Of a stretch of 64,000 nucleotides of DNA, positions 23,413-35,650 are shown in pieces (position 1 is the first letter of the stretch; each line of letters begins with the position of its first letter). This DNA is from Bugula neritina (Eukaryota; Animalia; Bryozoa). The position numbers were made by a program, and so were the translations under genes. Under the pieces are notes generated by a model. That model had not been told where the DNA came from. It searched no databases and saw only the letters and a list, made by a program, of their open reading frames with translations. The DNA is taken from assembly GCA_964035545.1 (NCBI GenBank), contig OZ037769.1:6739929-6803928 (forward strand), given 5' to 3'.

Positions 23413-24798
23413 GGAACAATTGTCATACTTGTCAACATTCAATATTTAAATGGCATTACTGCTCACTGAACTAGAAATATAATGTCTTTTCTAGTTCATT
23501 GTTACTGCTGTTAACTAAGAAAAGTGTTGTTGGCAGGTATGTGTGGAACCTTCCATTGACTAGAATGTTCTTTCTCGCGAATATTCGTGTAGAGAGTAAT
23601 TAATCATTCAGTCTTTTCAGTTTCTACAGCGCAGTTGTAATAATAAGTTGTTAAGTATATTTTCACTTTAGCTCTGGTAATATACTAGATTGACTCCATC
23701 ATCATTTTGCAGTTTATTGTGAAACATGCCTTTACTGCCAGCTGATACTTTTGGAAAATCTGAAATTCTATGTTGGCAACGACACGCTACTGCTTTGCAA
23801 GAACTCTTCTATGTGATGTACAAACTTTGCTTCACTAATTTCAGTTGATAACATCTGAATTAGGCAATATATGCACTGGTAAGCTCAGTTTAAAAATTAT
23901 ATTCTGTGATCGGTGTGTTACTATTAGATAATTATGCTATTAGCATTTCATTTCCTGAAAATGAATCGCTAGTTTTCACTGTGACTTGAGGTTGAATATC
24001 TCGCTCAAAGTCATTTGTCAACATCTTGATCTAGTTCTACTTCAACTTGTTTTCAGAGCTTTGAGGTTTTTCAAAATTAAAATATATACTTTTAAGCATC
24101 AATTGTGAATTTTTAGCAGTTATACTTGAAGTTATACAGCCATTTTGGTTTTCTCATTTGTATCTGCAGAAACTGCCAGTTTTTTACAATTTACGTAAGT
24201 GCAAACACAAACGTGATCACCGTAATGCACAAACAAATCGAATCTAGGGCCATAGGTTTTTTTTGGTGCCCCAGTTGGTAATGAAAATCACTTGAAGCAG
24301 CACTGAGTTGGTGGTAACTGAGTGCTTTGGTTTGGGTAAAATGTCGAGTTGAGAGTTGGGATGCAGATGTGCTTACTATCAATGAACTATAACTAGGTTT
24401 AGTTTATTACATACTGGTAAAAACACTGCACTCGGTCACTCCCAACTAGTGTCGCTTCTACTGATATTTCTTGGTAATCCCTGGTTTAGTTGGACATTTT
24501 AATATTGTTTAACTTTCAACTTCAAGTCAATAAATTTGTTAAATTTTTCTTGTCTCATTGCCATGCCAATTTCGTAAACGGTAGGCTATATAGGCTATTG
24601 CATTGCATTTTTTCGACTGCTATTTGTAATGATTTGTAATTTACTGATCATTCCATAAATGTGAATTAAAACTGTTTCTAATTAGGTAATTTTACTTTTG
24701 CCTTAGTCTTTTAAGTTAATATGAGAACTTTTTTCAAATGTTTTTAGAATGCTTTTTATTTGTAGTGAGAGTAGTTAGTGTCTGGGGATTTACAACTC

Positions 24799-25629
24799 AT
24801 GGCCAGTCACTCAACACAAAATTCTAAGCCAGTGCTCAGAGAAGACCAGTATGTGGAGTTTGAGGAAATTGTGGGTGTCAGTGTGGAACGCCTTACTAGA
24901 TTTAGCACTAAGGACTTCAGGAACTATGTTTACGCCCTAAATTATACAAAAATAGCATTTGTAATGCTATTTGAGCTGTTTCGAAGAAAAACTTTTTTTT
25001 TCAATAGTGGTTGGCCTCACCTTTCATCAGCGAACCTAAGAATTATTCAAATGGCGAATGCTGGCTTTTATTACGAGGGGGTGAGAGATAAAGTTAGGTG
25101 TGCATTCTGTCAAAAGACTAAGGAGGACTGGAAGCCGACAGACATTCCAGAATTAGAGCATAAAAAGTTACGAGAAGATTGTCGCTTTATTCTTGGGAAA
25201 CCTTGCGGGAATGTAGCTTGTGAGCAGCCATTTCTTGAAGCCTATCGCTCTTTAAGCTACTCAGACTTGGCAAGCATAACAAAGTTTGGTCCTCACTCGT
25301 CACATGTAAATGCTGATGACTTAGTAAAAAATGATGATATGGACAGTTTATGTATTTCTACTCTTATACCTGTGGAACCATATTATGCTGTACTCTCTCG
25401 GCGAATACAAACATTCCTTGCTAAAAGATGGCCTCGAAATGGGGTCTTCTATGAAAAACTAGCTGAAGCAGGGTTCTATTTTACTGGAAAACTTGACTAT
25501 GTGGCATGTTACTTTTGCTCCGTCTCACTGAATAGATGGAATGAGAAAGATGACCCTTGGGAAAGGCATGCCCAAGAAAACTCGGGGTGTCCATATTTAA
25601 TAAACAATAAGCCAGAGTTGGCTGATTAA
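24799..25629 (+). CDS. IAP-family protein, two BIR domains, RING lost (IAP copy 1)
   Basis: BIR1 MANAGFYY...CAFC-x16-H-x6-C; BIR2 LAEAGFYF...CYFC...DDPWERH...C; ATG at 24799 follows a splice acceptor; intronless. Confidence 0.88.
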   Translation: MASHSTQNSKPVLREDQYVEFEEIVGVSVERLTRFSTKDFRNYVYALNYTKIAFVMLFELFRRKTFFFNSGWPHLSSANLRIIQMANAGFYYEGVRDKVRCAFCQKTKEDWKPTDIPELEHKKLREDCRFILGKPCGNVACEQPFLEAYRSLSYSDLASITKFGPHSSHVNADDLVKNDDMDSLCISTLIPVEPYYAVLSRRIQTFLAKRWPRNGVFYEKLAEAGFYFTGKLDYVACYFCSVSLNRWNEKDDPWERHAQENSGCPYLINNKPELAD

Positions 25630-25647
25630 ACTCCCAACAAAAAGTAG

Positions 25648-25874
25648 CCAATCACTCCGGGTACTGTAAGATGTATTACCATACAACCAGCTGACAGACA
25701 GGCTGCCAGCTATATTGGTCTCCCTGTGGTCATCTCATTTACTGTAAAAGATGTGCTGCAGCAATTTTTGACAGTTGTGACATTCCTTTCTACAACAACT
25801 CTATATCCATAAGCTGCTCGATATCTTCTTGCTCTAAATTTCTAACTGATATCTCTAGAGTATATTTGTTGTGA
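25648..25874 (+). pseudogene. Fossil RING coding sequence downstream of the IAP copy 1 stop
   Basis: After TAA and TAG: ...AASYIGL[-1 nt]CGHLIYCKRCAAA...CSISSCSKFLTDISRVYLL*, matching the RING of the 62117-63421 IAP. Confidence 0.8.
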
Positions 25875-27908
25875 CAGTAAGCAGTTGCAACTGCAGGGTA
25901 GATATAGACCTCTAATGTTTACACAATACAAAGCATGTATACTGTTATAGTGTAGTATATAATATTCACAGTTATTTGTAGTATATAATTTGCATATATT
26001 GTATGACAGCACTTAACAAAGCTAAGAAATAATTCCAAGACATGTTAGGTTCTGTTGCTAATTTGGTGTGCACTTTTATATTCATGCCATCCGTATAAAG
26101 TGGTGCACATTGCTTTTTACATGGCTGTTATATTTCTACTTGCATTAATTTCTGATTTGTGTTTCTTGTTCCAGTTCTTATTTTTAGTTCATATACAAGT
26201 TGTGCCATTGTTCATATCATATGCATCTTAATTTAAAATTCTGCAGGAAATCTATCAAGATGTCATTATTTTAAAATAATATGTAAATGTCTGGTAGGCT
26301 ATTTTATCTGGAATGTTATTAATATACTTTATATTTATAATGAGTTGTGCAAACCATTTTATCCAAACTGCCAAGCAAAATGCTTTGCTAACCGTAGTTG
26401 TGTAAAAGTCATAATGCATGCACACACTCTAATCATTTTATGTGTCTTACATGTTTATTGCTGTACTGTTGTAATAGACTAATAATAGATGCAGGTGTTC
26501 CAATACATTGCCGTTACATTATATTATGTTTTGTGGGTTTTTTTTCAATAAAAAAGTCAGTATGTTCGTGAACTGCATGAATATAATATTATAATAATAC
26601 AAAACATTTATGTGAAATACTTGACTTTAGGATAACGATAGATCACCCTGCTACTCTGTTATGAGTAGTTTATAAAAGGCACAAGTCCAAAGCAATCAGA
26701 TGCTTATATAATAACTAGTCCTTTCGAGATAAAACAGTTTAATTGCTCAAAAGATTTCATCATTGCTATATTGGAGAGCTGACCACTAAGGTTGCTTGCA
26801 TATTCTCTAGATTCTAGGGTCTGTAATTTCTACAGATTTGTTTTTTCTGAAAACCAGCTTCTATATGGTATGCATAAAGAAAGTTTCCAGCCTTAGATTA
26901 TAGTTTTGCTCTTGAAGTATTTGAAATATAAAAATGGTATATTTCTCCTATTGATTAAAATCACTCCCATATATAAGATTCCCTGCCTTGTGTGAGCCAC
27001 AATGAGGAATGAAACGTAACATTGAATTCGTAGTACATATATACCTAGAAGTATAATTTTAACTTAAGTCATATGTTTGAGACCAGATTCTCTAGCTGCT
27101 ATAATAAGTAGAAATTTTTAAACTTCTTTAGTCATACTATGTTTCATGAGCAGACAACTTCTTATGCTTTGAGTAACGCTCACTACATATATAAAAAGAA
27201 GTCCGCACAAACTTCACTCGTACAGCTTCATGTATTTTTCAAATCAACTCAGCACTTTTCATAACTTGAAAGGGAAGCAGCACTATAATATTACCTGTCA
27301 CTAGTGATATAATATAATTTATGTAGGATGGTTGACAACAATATAATTGTTGGAGGAAATTGCCTAGAATGTTTAACCATTTGATATTACAGCACAATAT
27401 ACCAAGACTGATCTCTATTGCATCTTTTGCTGTGTTTATGACAGTCTGTGTGGTAATTTAGTAAGCGATATAGCTAACTGCTAATACCAACTGAGTAAGC
27501 CAGTTAATTGCACTTATAACATAGAATTTTGGAAAGTTTACTTTAAGCATCAGTATGGCTGTGTCCTCTTCTATAAATGACTATGATATCAATATGACCA
27601 CTTGCTAATTCAAGGAAAGTTATGCAGTATCCTATACCTACAGCTCACCAGCATACTAACCTTTCTAATGGAAAAAAGCAATTATTCAAATTTTGATAAT
27701 CAATTACTCGTGCAATAATTTTTTCATAGAAGTAGATGTACCCCAGGCATAAACAACACTCTCTTTGATTATACAAACATAATTATGGACTACGTGTTTA
27801 TTGTTTAAAACACCACTTTAATTATTCCAATTCAGTGAACATCAGCGCGTTTACAAATCAACAATTTAAGCCTAGCTTGTAAAAATGGCTTTTAGAAGCC
27901 AAGCAAAA

Positions 27909-30026
27909 TAATAGAGGCTTTTCACAAGTCCCTCTGGGGACATTTGTATTTTGAAGTTGTCTCCTTCCAGACGGGCGTGGTGTAGTCTCCATGATATATA
28001 GAACAAGCACATAAAATCAGTAGAAATTTAAGGTTTGTGTGAAAACTATTGCTAGCACGAGTTTCATTTTCTATGAGATTAATATTTTGGCATAAGCACA
28101 CAGGTTAGCAGTTCCAGAAAAATTTTAAAAATTTTCTTTCTTTAAAAATCTTGAGAAAAATTAACTTCAAAGCTTGTTTGTGGTTTTGGTTACTGCATGA
28201 GCAAGCTGAATTGGCAACTGTGATATAATTCCCATTAATCATTTGTTATGCTGGCTGTCATATTCAATTTATAGCTGTTGACCTTTCAACTCTTTGGTCA
28301 GAATGTGCTGTTAGCACAGTCTTAGAGCACTGCTAGTGAATGAGACAGCAGATTAGCTGTTAGAATTTTCGATTAACTATACTTACACACTTATGCTATG
28401 AGAATAGCTAGACTATAGCCTCAACATCCATCATTTTCACAAAAAGCATTTTCACAAGGCTATAGATATAATATATTAAATAGACAGATTAAATTTGTAG
28501 TATAGAACGAATATGAAATGTGCTTTGATACATGTCGGTTAATTTTCTAATACAGGTTAAATGCATCTATTTCAATTGTAACAATTGTGCTCAAATAAAT
28601 ATATATTTAGATAATTTAATCAAAAACCCAGATAGCCTTTTAGCAGTTGGCATTCAGGCCCTTGTGTTACAGTTTTGTTATTTCTTAATTATGCCTGTGG
28701 CTTGTAGCATTTAGGGGCATGCAGTAGTGAAGAAATTGAGATAGCCTAAGCTCTTTAAATTTCTGTACAAATGTTGGTGTTGCGTATAACACAACTTTTT
28801 TGCTACATTTCTAATCTAGAACAAAAGCTTTTCTCAATTTCTCCATTAGTACTGCATCTACCTCGTGTGTAGTAGTCATCTCCGTCAGCTGCGGTAGATT
28901 CAAGATCCCAGTTAATGTAGGTGCATGGTAGGTTAAAATATAGTTATATGATAAAATTGGTACAATATATAATATCATGAGCTAATGTTATTGACACTCA
29001 GCTGCAGTTATGCAACTAGCTTGGCTGATCTCATGGGTCACAAAATGTTATAAAATATAAAGCCTTTCTTTAATTTGAGACTCACATTTAAATGACATAA
29101 AACTTTAGAGGTTGGCTACAAGTCACGACAGCACCATTTAGAGTATTACAGCTATTATCTTTAAATAGGCATGAGCGAGGATATGTAAGTTAAAATCAAG
29201 TATAACATTTCAATTAAATCTTTTAAATAAAATATTAGACCTGTTGTAAAATACGTGATAAAGATATAGGGCAGACAAAATATTTCAAGATGGATCGATA
29301 CTGAATGAAAAGATGCCTGCCTAAATATAAAGTCTTTTTAATAAATTTTTGCATGAACTGAGCTTTGCTTTTCTTGGTAATATTTTTCTTTTAAAGAAGT
29401 TTTAGCCATAAAATGACACTCTGTAAAGCATTCACAGTCCCTTGAACATAATGTAGTACAAACTTCAAAGTATAATTAAGTGCACATGCTACCACACATC
29501 ATTTTGATACTACAAATTTAATCTGTCTATTTAATATATATTTATAGTTTTGTGAGAATGCTTTTTGTGAAAATGATGGATGTTGAGGTTATAGTCTAGC
29601 TACTCTCATAGCATAAGTGTGTAAGTGTAATGAAAATTCTAACACAGCTAATCTGCTGTCTCATTCACTAGCAGTGCTCTAAGACTGTGTTACCAGCACA
29701 TTCTGACCAAAGAGTTGAAAGGTCAACAGCTATAAATTGAATATGACAGCTGGCATAACAAATGATTAATGGGACTTATCTCATAGTTGCCAATTCAGTT
29801 TGCTCATGCAGTAACCAAATCCACAAACTAACCTGTGTGCTTATGCCAAAATATTAATCTCAGAAAAAATGAAACTCGTGCTAGCAATAGTTTTCACACA
29901 AACCTTAAATTTCTACTGATTTTATGTGCTTGTTCTATATATCATGGAGACTACACTACGCCCGTCTGGGAGGAGACAACTCAAAATACAAATGTCCACA
30001 GAGGGACTTGTGAAAAGCCTCTATTA
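27909..30026. mobile_element. Long-inverted-repeat (foldback-like) element: arms 27909-28503 and 29507-30026, ~1-kb spacer, non-autonomous
   Basis: Highly similar reverse-complement arms with termini taatagaggcttttcacaagtccctctg / cagagggacttgtgaaaagcctctatta; no transposase ORF seen. Confidence 0.7.
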
Positions 30027-30179
30027 AAAGTAAATCTGTTCCATTTTTCCTTCCTATACAACATTGCAAGTTGTATGGATGTTAAGTTGCAGGTTCTTGG
30101 ACGAGTGAAATTAACTGTAACTCGGTACTTTTTCAGCAAAGGTATAGACGCAACTTAAATCTTTATCTCTCCCTTTAAG

Positions 30180-30443
30180 CTTTGCCACCATCAATGAAGT
30201 AGTCAAATCTGGTTAGAGGAGGTTGTGTCTGGAGTGACTTCTATAGCTATCTGTGGAATAGAGGACCCAGTGAGACCAGATGTTGGGTACCATACTATTA
30301 GTGTCTTGGTAGTATTTGGTAATAATAGACAGTATACTATATATAATATTTTAAATTGTGCTATAGATCTGTTATGTAATATACTTTATATGTTACTGTA
30401 GACATTACAGTACGGACTACTGCTACTATACTACTACTACTAT

Positions 30444-30474
<31 letters not shown>

Positions 30475-30799
30475 ACTATTACTAGTACTAGTACTACTAC
30501 AATCATACATAACATAATGCATATTACAGCTATAGTATCAAATAAATGTTTACTAGTTGAAACTATTCCAAGACAATATTTTGTGTGCTGTGCTCTGTAT
30601 ACTACATGTCTGTATGCAGGTTCCGGAAGCCATTACTCGCTGTCAGAAAGCTGGCATTACTGTAAGAATGGTAACTGGTGACAATGTGAATACTGCCAGA
30701 TCTATCGCCATCAAGTGCGACATCATCTCTCCCAGTGATGACTTTCTAGTTATGGAAGGCAAAGAGTTTAACAACAGAGTTAGGGATTCTCAGGGGGTT
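30180..30799 (+). pseudogene. ATP2B: Orphan two-exon fragment of a plasma-membrane Ca2+-ATPase (PMCA, P2B): ~30180-30281 and 30620-30799
   Basis: IAICGIEDPVRPD|[33 protein letters not shown]...[19 protein letters not shown]; intron retained; first exon frameshifted after ATINEV; no other PMCA exons found in the window. Confidence 0.82.
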
Positions 30800-32028
30800 G
30801 TAAGTTATGACTACTAACTGAGTTTGTTGTGCCATTCTTGTTCCTGAATAAGTGTTGTTGATCAGTAAGGAACAATGATTGCTTTTTTGAACTTGTTCAA
30901 ACAAGAGCCCCTGACAACATATAATTTCTAGTTTCAAGTTTTATAATGTTTTTGCTTGAAGAAAATCTTTTGTGACTTGCAATGACCGACTGTTCATTTC
31001 AATTACAAAAAATGACAAAAGTAAAACACAACAGAGAGAACTTGTCATCAGGTGATTGAAGCATTGATAACAGCTGATACGAAATAATACCTTTTCCATT
31101 GTCAATATCTAGAGTTGATTCAGCTATTATCAGTTTTTGTATTATCTATATTTTTACCCTATAACGGTAATGTGACTATAACGGCTATTGATTTACATAG
31201 ACTAATTCGTGACTATATTTAGAAAATGTCCGTTGGAAAATAGGAAGAACTAAGAGTGCTTTGTTTGAACTTTCCACAGAAGTCCAGACAAAATTTTTCT
31301 AGTCCTAAGTTTTATAACAGAAATTTTAGTTTAAAAATAATCTTTTGCAACTTGAAGCGATCAGTTGTTCATTTCAATGCTGCATGAATGAGAAATTCCT
31401 CAGGAGAAAATATGACTAGTAGGGTGAATCTGTATTGTCACATTATTGAGGCTTTGATAACAAATGACTCAGGAAAATTACATGGTCAATATTTAATAAA
31501 TCATTTTATAAATATTAAGTAAATTAAAAACATTCCAGATGAAATAACCTATTGAAAATGCACCTATTTTAAAGAAATTGCTACCCGAACAGGGCAAATA
31601 GGAGATGGGTGAGAAAAAAATCTTATATATATCTTGATAGATTTTCTGGAGAATCATATCAAAGTGGACTACAAAATTTCAAATTTATGACATGTATATG
31701 ATATGAGCAATATCACTGCAGCCTGTACATAAACCGATAATAAAAATTGGAACAATAAATTATACAAAACAGAAACTGTTGCAAATATGTAGAAATATAT
31801 CGGCCATGTAAAAAGTAATGCGCACCCTTTCATAAGCCTGGCATAAATCTAAAATTACACAACAGATTAGCAACAGCAACAGACCCTAACAATTGTCTTA
31901 GAATTATTTCTTAGATTTACACCAGCAGTATGTATACTATATATTATACTACATATAACAGCAGGCATGCTTTGTTTTGTGCAAACATTAGAGGTCTATA
32001 TCTACCCTGTAGTTGCAACTGCTTACTG

Positions 32029-32246
32029 TCACCACAAATATACTCTAGAGATATCAGTTAGAAATTTAGAGCAAGAAGATATCGGGCAGCTTATGGATAT
32101 AGAGTTGTTGTAGAAAGGAATGTCACAATTATAAAAAATTGCTGCAGCCAACTTTTACAGTAAATGAGATGACCACACGGGAGACTGGCAGCCTGTCTGT
32201 CAGCTGGTTGTATGGTAATACATCTTACAGTACTGGCAGTGATTGG
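32029..32246 (-). pseudogene. Fossil RING coding sequence downstream of the IAP copy 2 stop
   Basis: After TAA: PITASTVRCITIQPADRQAASLPCGHLIYCKS, then a frameshift; colinear with 25648-25874. Confidence 0.75.
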
Positions 32247-33080
32247 TTACTTTTTGTTGGGAGCTTTATCAGCCAACTCTGGCCTATTGCTTATTAGATG
32301 TAAACACCTGAGGTTTTCTTGGGCATGCTTTTCCCAAGGGTCATCTTTCTCATTCCATCTATTCAGTGAGACGGAGCAAAAATAACATGCCACATAGTCA
32401 AGTTTTCCAGTAAAATACAACCCTGCTTCAGCTAGTTTTTCATAGGAGACTCGCTTTCGAGGCCATTTTTTAGCAAGGAATGTTTGTTTTCGCCGAGAGA
32501 GCACTGCATAATATGGTTCCACAGGCATTATAAGAGTAGAAATACATAAACTGTCCATATCATAGCTACATACCAAATCGTTAGCATTTACATGTGACCA
32601 GTGAGGACCAAACGTTGTTATGCTTGCCAAGTGCGAGTACCTTAAAGGGCAATGGGCTTCAAAAGTTATATTCCCACAAGGTTTCCCAAGAATAAAGCGA
32701 CAATTTGCTCGTAAATTTTCATGCTCTAATTCTGGAATGTCTGTGGGCTTCCAGTCCTCTTTAGTCTTTTGACAGAATGCACACCTAACTTTATCTCTCA
32801 CTCTCTCGTAATAAAAGCCAGCTTTTGCCATTCCAATAGTTCTTAGGTTTGCTAATGAAAAGTGAGGCCAATGAAGATTTAAAAAAGTTTTTCTGCGAAA
32901 CAGCTCATATAGCATTACTAATGCTCTTTTTGTGTCATTTAAGGCGTAAACATAGTTCCAGAAGTCCTCAGTGCTAAATCTAGTAAGGCGGTCCACACTG
33001 ACACCCACAATTCGCTCAAATTCCCCATACTGGTCTTCTCTGAGTACTGGATTAGAACTTTGTGTTGAGGGGCTGGCCAT
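32247..33080 (-). CDS. IAP-family protein, two BIR domains, RING lost (IAP copy 2, paralog of 24799-25629)
   Basis: CAFC...H...C and CYFC...DDPWEKH...C BIRs; colinear with copy 1. Confidence 0.88.
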   Translation of the reverse strand: MASPSTQSSNPVLREDQYGEFERIVGVSVDRLTRFSTEDFWNYVYALNDTKRALVMLYELFRRKTFLNLHWPHFSLANLRTIGMAKAGFYYERVRDKVRCAFCQKTKEDWKPTDIPELEHENLRANCRFILGKPCGNITFEAHCPLRYSHLASITTFGPHWSHVNANDLVCSYDMDSLCISTLIMPVEPYYAVLSRRKQTFLAKKWPRKRVSYEKLAEAGLYFTGKLDYVACYFCSVSLNRWNEKDDPWEKHAQENLRCLHLISNRPELADKAPNKK

Positions 33081-34999
33081 GAGCTTTAAATCTTCAGATA
33101 CTAACTATTCTTACTGTAAATAAAAAGCATTCTAAAATAACATTTAAAAAAGTTCTTATATATTAACAATTAGGACAGTTTTAATTCACGTTTATCAGAA
33201 GTATCATTGCAAGTAGCAGCTTTTATAATAGTCTTAAAGACCATGTCCCATTATATGTGGTTCACAAAATGGGAATGGCAATAAAATTAGAAAAATTAAA
33301 CAAATTTATTGACTTAAAATGATGCAATATTAAAATTTTCAGTTAAACTAAGGATTACCAACTGGGGCCCAACGCCCCTAAATTATGGCTGTAGATTTGA
33401 TTTGTTTGTACATTACGTAAATACTAGTAACTGTAGATAGAAATAAGAAAATGCATGCAGTAAAGCTGCTGAAAATTGACAACTAGTGTCAATGCCTGTA
33501 TATATTTTTGAAACCTTCCTGCTCCAAAAGCAAGTAAATGTTTACAAATGCTTTTGAGCAAGATATTTATATAAGTCACGGTAAATTTCAGAAATACAAG
33601 CATAATAGTTATAGTACAAAGTCAAAAGATATTATTTTCAAACTGAGCTTACCATTTCAAATATCACCTAATAGTATTAGTAATTTGTAATTCCGATGTA
33701 TTAGCTATAAAAGCAATATTTAAGCAAAGTTTGTGCATCTTATAATCTGATAATCACTGTACATGCGGTAGTTTTATATATTTTATTTATTTACTTATTC
33801 CCATATCTTTTGCCTACATCAGTTTTAAAAAAATCATAAATAAAAGCATTTTTATTGGACGCAAAAGCAGGATATGGCATTTGTTAGTGATAACTGAATC
33901 ATGGGCTACTTTAGCTGTGACATCTTATATAAATAATATAAATAACTTTTTCATAGTTTAATAATGACTATTTAGATAACTTGATAAATTAGTCTAATAA
34001 TCAGTCACTATACAGATTATTCTGAAGATATGGGCTATAAAGACTTGCACATATTTTTTATCTCACCATCACCAAGTAACCAAACATACTGCCAATATAT
34101 AATTGACACAAAATTGTTCACTATTAATTTGCTAAAATTAGCAACTGTAAATTATTCTCCTGAGTTGAGTGCACTATTATTATATACATGTTTCTTTTCT
34201 GCTGTCAAGAACCCAACTGAGCAGCGGCTGCGTGCTAAAAATAACAGGGACCGACTCATCATTAGTCCAAACAAACACCTGCCAGAAGGCCACACGAACA
34301 CTAGGCTGTTGAACACATCAAAGCAGCAGAATCCTGTAAAGCTGAATGAGACTAGTGTGTTTCCATGGCAACATTAACAACTTTTATACACTATATATAC
34401 TACTGCTTTGCTATATAATATAATCTATAAAATTTCCTACCGTTCAACTTTTACATTGGGGCCACTTTAGAATACAGAGGATGAAGCAACTTGCTCGTAT
34501 ATAACAGTTTATTGGCTCAGATAGGACAAGGACATACCTATACCAAATATCCCTGCATTCACTCTACAAGCTCTATATCAACTAAGACAACAACACGTAC
34601 AAACTAACAATAATTTAAGTAACTCAGCAATGTAATAATTGCAAGCATTATACTGCTTGAGTCTTGTTTAAGTATGAATTGCTTTTATTAGTCTATAGCC
34701 TATTTGTAAAATTATTACAAGCAAAATTGCAAACAAGGATTATAATGTGTAAAATAAAATGATTGCTGACATTTCCTAAAATACATACTTGGCTATACTC
34801 AAAGTCTGTTAGAAATAGTAAACATTATATTTGACTACTTAAATTCATCTATAAAATGAGCAAATGATATATGTAAAAGGATTATATTAATTGCATTTAT
34901 TTCTATGAGTACGATACTATATATAGTGTATTTCATATTAAAAGTTACTTTCTAAACTTAAATATGCATTCAAAACTTTCTCACACTCTTATATGATAG

Positions 35000-35409
35000 T
35001 GTAGTGAATTTTGCCAGTTCACTATTATTATTTGTGGGTCTACTTAATCAAAGCCACTGCGACTGGTTGTTTACAATAAGATACTTTATTAGTTACACAA
35101 AGACTAGAAGGTTATTTACTGCTAGCATGAATAGAAAACGATTACATAATTAGTGAGCTTCAATACACAACTGTTCTAAATGAAGTCCCAAGCTGCTCTG
35201 CCGGCTAGCTACTCAGCGCACTGCAACTACGAGTAGCTAGCTCCACCTGCTATCAATTAATGTCATTGTCCTGATTGGTGGCTACTAATGGTGCCACTAC
35301 TGCCCATAGCTACACTCCGACAGTGTCGAACTCACAAGATACATAAAACAATATAGAGTAAACCTTTTCGATTAATACCATAATACTTGCACTACTAAAA
35401 TCTATCACA
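35000..35409 (-). repeat. 3' LTR
   Basis: Direct repeat of 42470-42879; preceded on the minus strand by the purine tract AGGTGAGGAGAG (35410-35421); contains AATAAA. Confidence 0.96.
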
Positions 35410-35650
35410 CTCTCCTCACCTATCGAAAAGTACTCTCTAGACTTAATATTTACATGACAGTAACACACGAATAATAATGAAGGTAACATAGTGCTTTACA
35501 AAACTAGGGTACAATTGAACAAGAGAAAATATATATACAGAGTAGATAACATAAGTATAATAAATGAGTCTTCACGCCGTAGTCCATAACACTTATTTAC
35601 ACTGCTTGACTAGCCAGGAGGGGGGGGTACATGTGTAGGTGGCCGCACCT

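Larger units (their letters stand above)
23800..33745. repeat. Inverted segmental duplication, arms ~23800-26345 and ~31500-33745, each carrying an IAP gene tail-to-tail
   Basis: Reverse-complement matches in the flanks (ggtaagctcagttt/aaactgagcttacc; aataaatttgtt/aacaaatttatt; gatatagacctctaatgttt/aaacattagaggtctatatc) as well as in the CDS. Confidence 0.88.

Noticed and set aside
28840-28930. GC-richer patch in the foldback spacer as a transposase remnant
   Set aside because: Only ~40 open codons, with no DDE or other recognisable motif.
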